Shown here one piece after another: positions 50,742 to 64,000 of a stretch of DNA of 64,000 nt (positions within the stretch are counted from its first letter, which is position 1; every line of letters begins with the position of its first letter). The notes under the pieces were generated by a model, which did not search any database, was not told the origin of the DNA, and saw nothing but the letters and a program-made list of their open reading frames with translations. The stretch is from Octopus sinensis (lineage: Eukaryota). Where the stretch lies: contig NW_021832392.1 in the NCBI RefSeq assembly GCF_006345805.1, positions 3,815 through 67,814 on the forward strand. The letters are read 5' to 3'. The position numbers and the translations under genes are program-made.

Positions 50742-53699
50742 GTATGTATATGTATATATGTATGTATATGTATATATATATATGTATGTATATGTATATA
50801 TATATATGTATATGTATGTATATGTATATGTATGTATATGTATATATATGTATATGTATATATATGTATATGTATGTATATGTATGTATATGTATATGTA
50901 TGTATATGTACGAACACATTTGCGAACACACACTGACGCTCGACTTTCCATCACTCAACAGATAAGGTAAATTGATTTTGTAATTTACTTTTTGTCGCTA
51001 AATTTTGGTAGCGTACGTTCTTGAAAAATGGAAATTTTACACAATTTTTCCTGAATCCTCATCTTTCACTTAACTGAAAAAAAAAAACAAAATCCGCATT
51101 TTTTCACTTTTTCCAGAATTATCTCTTCTTACTATTTCTTTATTTTCTATTTAATTCTTATTATTTTTTTGGGTGTGGGCCAAATACGTAAAATATACAA
51201 AGATTTGAACTCTGATAGAAATTTCCGAGGTGGCACCTCGGGTAAGTGATTTGTTTCAGTCATTTGCCTGTGGCCATGCTGGAGCACTGCCTTTAGTCGA
51301 GCAAATCGACACCAGGACTTATATTTTGTAAGCCTATTGCTTATTCTATCGTTCTCTATTTGCCGAACCGCTAATTAAGTTATGTTATCGTAGTTTTGTT
51401 AACTTTGGCTGCTATTTCTAGCATATAGATAGCCTGCTTGAAGGCCTGAATGGTATATATATATATATATATATAATATATATATATATATTTATATATT
51501 TATATATATGTTCTTTTATTTAACTTGTTTCAGTCATTTGTCTGTGGCCATGCTGGAGCACTGCCTTTAGTCGAGCAAATCGATCCCAAGACATTCTTTT
51601 TAAGCCTATCGTTTCTTGCCGATCCGCTAATTGACGGGGATGTAAACACCCCAGCATCGGTTGTCAAGCGATGTGGGGTGGGGGGACAAACACACACTCA
51701 CACATATATATATGTATATATATATATTTATATACGATTGGCTTCTTTAAGTTTCCATCTACTAAATCTATTCATACACACACACACACACACACATATA
51801 TATATGTATGTATATGTATATATATATATATGTATGTATATATATATATGTATGTATATGTATATATATATATATGTATGTATATGTATATATATATATG
51901 TATGTATATGTATATATATATATATATGTATGTATATGTATATATATATGTATGTATATGTATATATATATATATGTATGTATATGTATATATATATATG
52001 TATGTATATGTATATATATATATATGTATGTATATGTATATATATATGTATGTATATGTATATATATATGTATGTATATGTATATATATATATGTATGTA
52101 TATGTATATATATGTATGTATATGTATGTATGTATATGTATATATATGTATATGTATGTATATGTATATATATGTATATGTATGTATATGTATATATATA
52201 TATGTATGTATATGTATATATATATATGTATGTATATGTATATATATGTATATGTATGTATATGTATGTATATGTATGTATATGTATGTATGTATGTATA
52301 TATATGTATATGTATGTATATGTATGTATATGTATGTATATGTATGTATGGTATGTGTATGTATATATATGTATATATATGTATATATATATGTATGTAT
52401 ATGTATGTATATGTATATATATGTATATGTATATATATGTATGTGTATATATATGTGTGTGTATATATATGTGTGTATATATATATACATATATAATATA
52501 TATATATATATATCTATCTTATGATAAAAGGCCCACACAGGAAGTGTGGTTGTAAGTGAAGTGCTTTTGTTAGTGTGTGTAAAGAGCCAGAGAAAGTAAT
52601 GTTGTGCTGTGTGTGTATGTGTGAAAGACAGACATCACTTTTTTTATTCACTGTTTGTAGTGTGTGACTGAGAGAGAAAAGAAGAGAGAGAGGTTATGTA
52701 TGTATGGCTTTAGCGACACACACACAAAAACTCATACCAACGTTACACCGAAAGCGCGCGCACACAAACGTAACGGGCTCTATCTGTCTGGTTTGCCATT
52801 CCTCACACACACACATACACACGCAAACATGTGTGTATTTGTTATTAGTATAAAAGGCGCCAAACAATATTCAGTTTCTCATTCGAACACATTTGCGAAC
52901 ACACACTGACGCTCGACTTTCCATCACTCAACAGATAAGGTAAATTGATTTTGTAATTTACTTTTTGTCGCTAAATTTTGGTAGCGTACGTTCTTGAAAA
53001 ATGGAAATTTTACACAATTTTTCCTGAATCCTCATCTTTCACTTAACTGAAAAAAAAAAACAAAATCCGCATTTTTTCACTTTTTCCAGAATTATCTCTT
53101 CTTAATTATTTCTTTACTTTCTATTTAATTCTTATTATTTTTTTGGGTGTGGGCCAAATACGTAAAATATACAAAGATTTGAACTCTGATAGAAATTTCC
53201 GAGGTGGCACCTCGGGTAAGTGATTTGTTTCAGTCATTTGCCTGTGGCCATGCTGGAGCACTGCCTTTAGTCGAGCAAATCGACACCAGGACTTATATTT
53301 TGTAAGCCTATTGCTTATTCTATCGTTCTTTATTTGCCGAACCGCTAATTAAGTTATGTTATCGTAGTTTTGTTAACTTTGGCTGCTATTTCTAGCATAT
53401 AGATAGCCTGCTTGAAGGCCTGAATGGTAAATATATATATATATATATCTATATATATATTTATATATTTATATATATGTTCTTTTATTTACATTGTTTC
53501 AGTCATTTGTGTGTGGCCATGCTGGAGCACTGCCTTTAGTCGAGCAAATCGACCCCAAGACTTATTCTTTTTAAGCCTATCGTTTCTTGCCGAGCCGCTA
53601 ATTGACGGGGATGTAAACACCCCAGCATCGGTTGTCAAGTGATGGGGGGGGGGGAGGACAAATAGACACACACACTCACACACATATATATATGTATAT

Positions 53700-53731
<32 letters not shown>

Positions 53732-54442
53732 GTATGTATATGTATATATGTATGTATATGTATATATATATATGTATGTATATGTATATATATATATGTA
53801 TATGTATGTATATGTATATGTATGTATATGTATATATATGTATATGTATATATATGTATATGTATGTATATGTATGTATATGTATATGTATGTATATGTA
53901 CGAACACATTTGCGAACACACACTGACGCTCGACTTTCCATCACTCAACAGATAAGGTAAATTGATTTTGTAATTTACTTTTTGTCGCTAAATTTTGGTA
54001 GCGTACGTTCTTGAAAAATGGAAATTTTACACAATTTTTCCTGAATCCTCATCTTTCACTTAACTGAAAACAAAAAACAAAATCCGCATTTTTTCACTTT
54101 TTCCAGAATTATCTCTTCTTAATTATTTCTTTACTTTCTATTTAATTCTTCTTATTTTTTTGGGTGTGGGCCAAATACGTAAAATATACAAAGATTTGAA
54201 CTCTGATAGAAATTTCCGAGGTGGCACCTCGGGTAAGTGATTTGTTTCAGTCATTTGCCTGTGGCCATGCTGGAGCACTGCCTTTAGTCGAGCAAATCGA
54301 CACCAGGACTTATATTTTGTAAGCCTATTGCTTATTCTATCGTTCTTTATTTGCCGAACCGCTAATTAAGTTATGTTATCGTAGTTTTGTTAACTTTGGC
54401 TGCTATTTCTAGCATATAGATAGCCTGCTTGAAGGCCTGAAT

Positions 54443-54508
<66 letters not shown>

Positions 54509-54858
54509 TATATATATTTATATATTTATATATATGTTCTTTTATTTAACTTGTTTCAGTCATTTGTCTGTGGCCATACTGGAGCACTGCCTTTAGTCGA
54601 GCAAATCGACCCCAAGACTTATTCTTTTTAAGCCTTTCGTTTCTTGCCGAGCCGCTAATTGACGGGGATGTAAACACCCCAGCATCGGTTGTCAAGTGAT
54701 GTGGGGGGGGGGGACAAACAGACACACACACTCACACACATATATATATGTATATATATTTATATACGATGGGCTTCTTTCAGTTTCCATCTACTAAATC
54801 TATTCATACACATACACACATATATGTGTGTATATGTATATATATATGTATGTATATG

Positions 54859-54889
<31 letters not shown>

Positions 54890-54968
54890 ATGTATATATA
54901 TATATGTATATGTATATATATATATGTATGTATGTATATATATATATATGTATGTATTGTATATATAT

Positions 54969-55002
<34 letters not shown>

Positions 55003-55398
55003 GTATATTATATATATATATATAATGTATATATATATGTAATGTATATATATGTAATGTATATATATATGTAATGTATATATATATATGTATATGTATA
55101 TATTATATATGTATATATATATTGTATATATATATAATATGTATATGTATATTATATATATGTATATGTATATATATATATGTATTGTATATATATATAT
55201 ATGTATGTATATATATATGTATGTATATATATATATATATGTATGTATATGTATATATATATATGTATGTATATGTATATATATATGTATGTATATGTAT
55301 ATATATATATGTATGTATATGTATATATATATATGTATGATATATATATATATGTATATATATATGTATGTATAGTATATATATATATATAATGTATG

Positions 55399-55429
<31 letters not shown>

Positions 55430-55496
55430 GTATGTATATGTATATATTATATATATGTATGTTATGTATATGTATATATATATATATATATGTATG

Positions 55497-55528
<32 letters not shown>

Positions 55529-56632
55529 TATGTATATATATATATATATGTATGTTATGTATATATATATATATGTATGTTATGTATATATATATATATG
55601 TATGTTATGTATATTATATATATATGTAATGTATATATATATATATTGTATGTATATGTATATATATATATATATGTATGTATATGTATATATATATATA
55701 TATGTATGTATGTTATATATATATATATATATGTATGTATATGTATATATATATATATGTATGTATATGTATATATATATATATATGTATGTATATGTTA
55801 TATATATATATGTATGTATATGTATATTATATATATATGTATGTATATGTATATATATATATATATGTATGTATGTATATATATATATAGTATGTATATA
55901 TATATTATGTATGTATATGATATATATATATATATATGTATGTATAATGTATATATATATGTATGTATATATATATATATGTATGTATATATAATATATA
56001 TATATATATATGTATATATATGTATATGTATATATATATGTATATGTATTATATATGTATATGTTATATATATGTATGTATATGTATATAATATGTATAT
56101 GTATATATATATATATATATATATGTAATGTATATATATATATATATATATGTATGTATATGTATATATATATATATGTATGATATGTATATATATATAT
56201 ATATTATGTATATATGTATATATAATATATGTATGTATATATATATATGTATGTATATGTATATATATATATATGTATGTATATATATATATATATGTAT
56301 GTATATATATTATATATATATATGTATGTATATAATATATATATTATATATATATATGTTATATATGTATATGTATGTATATGTATATTATATATATGTA
56401 TATGTAATATATGTATATGTATATATGTATGTATATGTATATATAGTATATATATGTATATATATTATATATGTATATATAATATATATATATGTATATA
56501 TGTATATATATATGTATTATGTATATATATATATATGTATAATGTATATATATGTATATATATATATATATGTATATGTATATATATATATGTATATATG
56601 TATATGTATATATATGTATATGTATGTATATG

Positions 56633-56681
<49 letters not shown>

Positions 56682-57368
56682 GTATGTATATGTATATATA
56701 TATATATATGTATATATGTATATGTATATGTATGTATATGTATATATATGTATATGTATATATATGTATATGTATATATATGTATATGTATGTATATGTA
56801 TGTATATGTATATGTATGTATATGTACGAACACATTTGCGAACACACACTGACGCTCGACTTTCCATCACTCAACAGATAAGGTAAATTGATTTTGTAAT
56901 TTACTTTTTGTCGCTAAATTTTGGTAGCGTACGTTCTTGAAAAATGGAAATTTTACACAATTTTTCCTGAATCCTCATCTTTCACTTAACTGAAAAAAAA
57001 AAACAAAATCTGCATTTTTTCACTTTTTCCAGAATTTTCTCTTCTTACTTATTTCTTTATTTTCTATTTAATTCTTATTATTTTTTTGGGTGTGGGCCAA
57101 ATACGTAAAATATACAAAGATTTGAACTCTGATAGAAATTTCCGAGGTGGCACCTCGGGTAAGTGATTTGTTTCAGTCATTTGCCTGTGGCCATGCTGGA
57201 GCACTGCCTTTAGTCGAGCAAATCGACACCAGGACTTATATTTTGTAAGCCTATTGCTTATTCTATCGTTCTTTATTTGCCGAACCGCTAATTAAGTTAT
57301 GTTATCGTAGTTTTGTTAACTTTGGCTGCTATTTCTAGCATATAGATAGCCTGCTTGAAGGCCTGAAT

Positions 57369-57410
<42 letters not shown>

Positions 57411-57777
57411 ATATGATATATATATATATATATTATATATATTATATATATATGTTCTTTTATTTAACTTGTTTCAGTCATTTGTCTGTGGCCATACTGG
57501 AGCACTGCCTTTAGTCGAGCAAATCGACCCCAAGACTTATTCTTTTTAAGCCTTTCGTTTCTTGCCGAGCCGCTAATTGACGGGGATGTAAACACCCCAG
57601 CATCGGTTGTCAAGTGATGTGGGGGGGGGGACAAACAGACACACACACTCACACACATATATATATGTATATATATTTATATACGATGGGCTTCTTTCAG
57701 TTTCCATCTACTAAATCTATTCATACACATACACACATATATGTGTGTATATGTATATATATATATGTATGTATATG

Positions 57778-57808
<31 letters not shown>

Positions 57809-57894
57809 ATGTATATATATATATGTATATGTATATATATATATGATGTATATATATATATATATGTATGTATATATATATATATATGTATATG

Positions 57895-57925
<31 letters not shown>

Positions 57926-57965
57926 GTATGTATATATATATATGTAATGTATATATATGTATATG

Positions 57966-57996
<31 letters not shown>

Positions 57997-58042
57997 GTAT
58001 ATATATTATATATATGTATATATATATATATATATGTATATG

Positions 58043-58102
<60 letters not shown>

Positions 58103-58147
58103 TATGTAATGTATATATATGTATATGTATATATATATATGTATATG

Positions 58148-58180
<33 letters not shown>

Positions 58181-59616
58181 GTATATAATATGTATGTATA
58201 TATGTATATGTATATATATATATGTATATATATGTATGTATATATATATATATGTATGTATATATATATGTATGTATATTATATATATATGTATGTATAT
58301 GTATATATATATATGTATGTATATGTATATATATTATGTATGTATATGTATTATATATATGTATGTATATGTATATATATATATGTATGTATATTATATA
58401 TATATATATATGTATGTATATATATATATATATATATGTATATGTATATATATATATATGTTATGTATATGTATATATATATATATATGTATGTATATGT
58501 TATATATATATATATGTATGTATATATGTATATATATATATATATATGTATGTATATGATATATATATATATATATTATGTATATGTATATATATATATA
58601 TATGTATGTATATGTATAATATATATATATATGTATGTATATGTATATATATATATATGTATGTATATGTATATATAATATATATATGTATGTATATGTA
58701 TATATATTATATATGTATGTATATGTATATATATTATATGTATGTATATGTATATATATATATATATGTATGTATATGTATATATATTATATGTATGTAT
58801 ATATGTATATATATATATATGTATGTAATGTATATATATATATATGTATGTATATGTATATATATTATATATATGTATGTATATGTATATATATATATAT
58901 ATGTATGTATATGTATATATATATATATATATATGTATGTATATATATATATATGTATGTATATATATATATATATGTATGTATATGTATATATATATAT
59001 GTATGTATATGTATATATATATGTATGTATATGTATATGTATATATATATATGTATGTATATGTATATATATATATATATATGTATGTATATGTATATAT
59101 ATATATATATGTATGTATATGTATATATATATATATATGTATGTATATGTATATATATATATATGTATGTATATGTATATATATATATATATATGTATAT
59201 GTATATATATATATATGTATGTATATGTATATATATATATATGTATGTATATGTATGTATATATATATATATGTATATTATATATATGTATATATATATA
59301 TATGTATGTAATATATATATATATGTATTATATATATATATGTATATATATATATTATTATATATATATATATATGTATATGTATATATATATGTATATG
59401 TATATATATGTATGTATATATATATATATTATGTATATGTATATATATATATATGTATGTATATATATATGTTATGTATATATATATATATATGTATGTA
59501 TATGTATATATATATATATATGTATGTATATATATATATATATATATGTATGTATATGTATATATATATATGTATGTATATGTATATATATATATGTTGT
59601 ATATATATATATGTTG

Positions 59617-59649
<33 letters not shown>

Positions 59650-59790
59650 ATTATATATATATATGTATTATATGTATATATATATATATGTATGTATATA
59701 TATATATGTAGTATATGTATATATATATATATATATGTATGTTATATATATATGTATATATATGTATGTATATATATATATATATGTATG

Positions 59791-59821
<31 letters not shown>

Positions 59822-60020
59822 ATATATATATATATGTATGTATAATATATATATATGTATGTATATATATATATATAGTATGTATGTATATATATTGTAT
59901 GTATATATATATATATATTATGTATATATATATATATATGTATGTATATATATATATATATGTATGTATATGTATATATATATGTATGTATATGTATATA
60001 TATATATATGTATGTATATG

Positions 60021-60067
<47 letters not shown>

Positions 60068-60250
60068 GTATATATATGTATATGTATGTATATGTATATA
60101 TATATATGTATATATATGTATATGTATGTATATGTATATATATATATATGTATATATATATATGTATGTATATGTATATATATATATGTATGTATATATA
60201 TATGTATGTATATATATATATGTATGTATATGTATATATGTATGTATATG

Positions 60251-60283
<33 letters not shown>

Positions 60284-60293
60284 GTATGTATAT

Positions 60294-60324
<31 letters not shown>

Positions 60325-60353
60325 ATGTATATATATGTATATGTATGTATATG

Positions 60354-60425
<72 letters not shown>

Positions 60426-61164
60426 ATATATGTATATGTATATGTATGTATATGTATATATATGTATATGTATATATATGTATATGTATATATATGTATA
60501 TGTATGTATATGTATGTATATGTATATGTATGTATATGTATATATATGTATATGTATATATATGTATATGTATATATATGTATATGTATGTATATGTATG
60601 TATATGTATATGTATGTATATGTACGAACACATTTGCGAACACACACTGACGCTCGACTTTCCATCACTCAACAGATAAGGTAAATTGATTTTGTAATTT
60701 ACTTTTTGTCGCTAAATTTTGGTAGCGTACGTTCTTGAAAAATGGAAATTTTACACAATTTTTCCTGAATCCTCATCTTTCACTTAACTGAAAAAAAAAA
60801 ACAAAATCTGCATTTTTTCACTTTTTCCAGAATTTTCTCTTCTTACTTATTTCTTTATTTTCTATTTAATTCTTATTATTTTTTTGGGTGTGGGCCAAAT
60901 ACGTAAAATATACAAAGATTTGAACTCTGATAGAAATTTCCGATGTGGCACCTCGGGTAAGTGATTTGTTTCAGTCATTTGCCTGTGGCCATGCTGGAGC
61001 ACTGCCTTTAGTCGAGCAAATCGACACCAGGACTTATATTTTGTAAGCCTATTGCTTATTCTATCGTTCTCTATTTGCCGAACCGCTAATTAAGTTATGT
61101 TATCGTAGTTTTGTTAACTTTGGCTGCTATTTCTAGCATATAGCCTGCTTGAAGGCCTGAATGG

Positions 61165-61198
<34 letters not shown>

Positions 61199-61490
61199 TT
61201 ATATATATGTTCTTTTATTTAACTTGTTTCAGTCATTTGTCTGTGGCCATACTGGAGCACTGCCTTTAGTCGAGCAAATCGACCCCAAGACTTATTCTTT
61301 TTAAGCCTATCGTTTCTTGCCGAGCCGCTAATTGACGGGGATGTAAACACCCCAGCATCGGTTGTCAAGTGATGTGGGGGGGGGGACAAACAGACACACA
61401 CACTCACACATATATATATGTATATATATTTATATACGATGGGCTTCTTTCAGTTTCCATCTACTAAATCTATTCATACACACACGCACA
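48995..61490. repeat. Tandem array of six complete units plus one partial (two SINE tails + hypervariable TA/TG microsatellite + ~330-bp unique segment)
   Basis: Unit starts lie near 48995, 50203, 51253, 53227, 54243, 57168 and 60967. The unique segment CGAACACATTTGCG...CCTCGGGTAAGTGAT occurs six times. Confidence 0.92.
52849..52945 (+). promoter_or_regulatory. Candidate Pol II core promoter (TATA + Inr) with a short first exon and 5' splice site
   Basis: TATAAAAG at 52849-52856; TCATTC (TCAKTY) with A at 52881, placing the TATA at -32; AAG|GTAAAT at 52939/52940. Confidence 0.4.
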
Positions 61491-61495
61491 CACAC

Positions 61496-61580
<85 letters not shown>

Positions 61581-61583
<3 letters not shown>

Positions 61584-61859
61584 CAGTATCGCCCGGCGTT
61601 GCTCGGGTTTGTAAGGGAAATAACTATATAAGCATTTTTAGAGAGTTATAGCCAAAAAATAGCAAAAAAATGCATTAAAAATTGAAAAAAAATTAAGGTA
61701 AATTTTTCTTTAAATCGTTGACACATCGTAGATATTTTTAGAGAGTTACTTCCCTTATATAAAAGCGAAAAAAATGCATTAAAATGGAAAAATATGATGG
61801 TAATTTTTTTTTTAATCGTAGACTCATCGTAGACGCGCGCTAATACCCAGAAGGGCTCG
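61581..61859 (-). mobile_element. 3' portion of the non-autonomous Helitron family, with an internal ~105-bp duplication
   Basis: TAGCAGTATCGCCCGGCGTTGCTCGGGTTTGTAAGGG matches the ends at 5141 and 46006; the terminal C is lost. Confidence 0.75.
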
Positions 61860-61860
61860 T

Positions 61861-63030
61861 TTGTTATTCTGGGTAACTTTCTGTAAAATTATTAAAATTT
61901 TGTTCAAACATCGCTATAGAAAATGGGTTATTAGCTAATATTCAATTGGGTATACAACAAAATTTTACGATAGAATTTGTTTTCTGGGTAACATCTGTAA
62001 ATATTAAAATTTTGTTCAAACATCGCTATAGAAAATGGGTATTAGCTAATATTCAATGGGGTATACATCAAAATTTTACGATAGAATTGTTATTCTGGGT
62101 AACATTCTGTAAAATTATTAAAATTTTGTTCAAACATCGCTATAGAAAATGGGTATTAGCTAATATTCAATTGGGTATACAACAAAATTTTACGATAGAA
62201 TTTGTTATTCTGGGTAACATTCTGTAAAATTATTAAAATTTTGTTCAAACATCGCTATAGAAAATGGGTATTAGCTAATATTCAATTGGGTATACAACAA
62301 AATTTTACGATAGAATTTGTTATTCTGGGTAACATTCTGTAAAATTATTAAAATTTTGTTCAAACATCGCTATAGAAAATGGGTTATTAGCTAATATTCA
62401 ATTGGGTATACAACAAAATTTTACGATAGAATTTGTTATTCTGGGTAACATTCTGTAAAATTATTAAAATTTTGTTCAAACATCGCTATAGAAAATGGGT
62501 ATTAGCTAATATTCAATGGGTATACAACAAAATTTTACGATTAGAAATTTGTAGTCTGGGTAACATCTGTAAAATTATTAAAATTTTGTCCAAACATCGC
62601 TATAGAAAATGGGTTATTAGCTAATATTCATTGGGTATACAACAAAATTTTACGATAGAATTTGTTATTCTGGGTAACATTCTGTAAAATTATTAAAATT
62701 TTGTTCAAACATCGCTATAGAAAATGGGTTATTAGCTAATATTCAATTGGGTATCAAACAAAATTTTACGATAGAATTTGTTATTCTGGGTAACATTCTG
62801 TAAAATTATTAAAATTTTGTTCAAACATCGCTATAGAAAATGGGTTATTAGCTAATATTCAATTGGGTATACAACAAAATTTTACGATAGAATTTGTTAT
62901 TCTGGGTAACATTCTGTAAAATTATTAAAATTTTGTTCAAACATCGCCTATAGAAAATGGGTTATAGCTAATATTCAATTGGGTATAACAACAAAATTTT
63001 ACGATAGAATTTGTTATTGGGGTAACTTTT
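61861..63030. repeat. AT-rich satellite, 10 copies of a ~116-bp unit plus the start of an 11th
   Basis: The unit is TTGTTATTCTGGGTAACATTCTGTAAAATTATTAAAATTTTGTTCAAACATCGCTATAGAAAATGGG...TTTTACGATAGAAT. Confidence 0.96.
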
Positions 63031-63109
63031 GATACCCATATAATATTTATGCAAAATAGGCCTAAATTAATTTAAGGTTGGGGAAATAACAAACTATCGT
63101 TTCTTTCGG

Positions 63110-63312
63110 TTTGTTTACGTTTAGCGTAATGATTTCAAATAGGCTCATTCGAAAAGTAAATAGAATAGTCTAAGGCTTACTCTTCTGGGAAAGTCTGTGG
63201 CTTGGTCCAGTTTCTTCAGAAAACTCCCGAAAGAAAACAGCTTTTTAATTTTCACTCCATTCAGGTGCCAATTCGTTTTCTTTATCGCTGTCGGATTCAC
63301 TGTTTTCACTTT
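63110..63312 (-). pseudogene. Relic resembling the N-terminus of a piggyBac-type transposase
   Basis: Manual minus-strand translation gives SESDSDKENELAPEWSEN*KAVFFREFSEETGPSHRLSQKSKP, then frameshifted LDY..YLLF / MSLFEIIT. This fits the acidic tract + W..F..GP..P.DYF.LF pattern recalled for PGBD proteins. Confidence 0.5.
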
Positions 63313-63404
63313 AATAGCTGCCACTTGCAAAGACAAAGGAAGAGAAGGGTGATAGCGTCAGTGAAACATTCGCTCCCTTTGTGTGTGTGTGGTTTGCGGT
63401 GGTG

Positions 63405-63617
63405 TAAACCAGACTAAGAAAAGCATTTGCCACACACACCAGAATGTGGTTTTCTGTAAAATTTGCTTAATTGGATTTAAATTTTAAAAAACGGACCTGG
63501 CGTGACGCGATGCATTGTACTCTTAAATTGCTAGGTAAATTGTAATTGAAGAAATCCTATATTGTAGATTTCTATAACTCCCAAAGGGAGGCAGATAAAA
63601 TCTGCCTTTATAATAGA
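63405..63617 (-). mobile_element. Helitron-like 5' end, same family as 6920-7138
   Basis: The minus strand begins TCTATTATAAAGGCAGATTTTATCTGCCTCCC and aligns by eye with 6920-7138. Confidence 0.55.
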
Positions 63618-63622
63618 ATATA

Positions 63623-63653
<31 letters not shown>

Positions 63654-63654
63654 A

Positions 63655-63962
63655 AGAACCCCTTCGGTCATGAGTGACCCCTGGGTTGCACCTAGAGAGT
63701 ACCATCTGAGGCACAAGTTGGGTAAGGTTGTTTTAGAAGACCAGCAGTCACCCATGCATACCGGCCTCACCTCTCCACGCCACCAGGTTATACAAGGGGT
63801 AAGACAAGGTCGAACAGCTTGGCACCTGTGACGTCGCAACTCATTTCTACAGCTGAGTGAACTGGAGCAACGTGAAATAAAGTGTCTTGCCCTCAAGAAC
63901 ACAACACGCAGCCCGGTCCGGGATTCGAGCTCACAACCTCACGATCGTAAGCTCGATGCTCT
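63655..63962 (-). mobile_element. tRNA-derived SINE of a third family (Nin/Deu-like core)
   Basis: The minus strand reads TAGAGCATCGAGCTTACGATCGTGAGGTTGTGAGCTCGAATCCCGG (tRNA-like), then GGCAAGACACTTTATTTCACGTTGCTCCAGTTCACTCAGCTGTAGAAATGAG. It is flanked by (AT)n. Confidence 0.7.
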
Positions 63963-64000
63963 AATATATATATATATGTATATGTATATGTATATATATA

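Noticed and set aside
53070-53221. Internal exon between TTTTTCCAG and GG|GTAAGT
   Set aside because: The putative exon is mostly T-rich low-complexity sequence with no reading frame, so it is not supported without transcripts.
49400-60690. Long ORFs rich in Y/I/M/C/V/H (up to 820 aa), and similar YIYI, THTH and ERER ORFs elsewhere
   Set aside because: They are translations of (TA)n/(TATG)n/(CA)n/(AG)n microsatellites that happen to lack stops and are open in several frames on both strands.

Overview
This is eukaryotic, repeat-saturated genomic DNA with no recognisable host protein-coding gene. The SINE families and the extreme (AT)n/(CA)n density look like an octopod cephalopod (Octopus-like); that call comes from sequence recognition, not a search. 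Transposon contents: (1) a 5'-truncated Proto2/CR1-group LINE (795-4375); (2) a decayed autonomous Helitron (11872-~19660, minus) with a nested CR1 fragment; (3) two tandem copies of a second LINE 3' fragment; (4) a nearly intact full-length RTE/BovB-type LINE (29112-~33135); (5) non-autonomous Helitrons, a fold-back element and many tRNA-derived SINEs. Tandem DNA: truncated-SINE arrays, a CpG-rich 6.4-kb block with ~34 copies of a ~117-bp repeat, a 1-3.8-kb-unit array with runaway microsatellites, and a 116-bp satellite. Strongest discoveries: a CPEB3/HDV-like ribozyme fold starting exactly at the RTE 5' end; a 3' tail shared by the LINE and the dominant SINE, with a compensatory stem-loop; a 23-aa STPR-like repeat array at the Helitron N-terminus; and an orphan spacer-like CpG block of unknown origin. 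Most ORFs in the supplied track are microsatellite translation artefacts. Coordinates at microsatellite edges are approximate.
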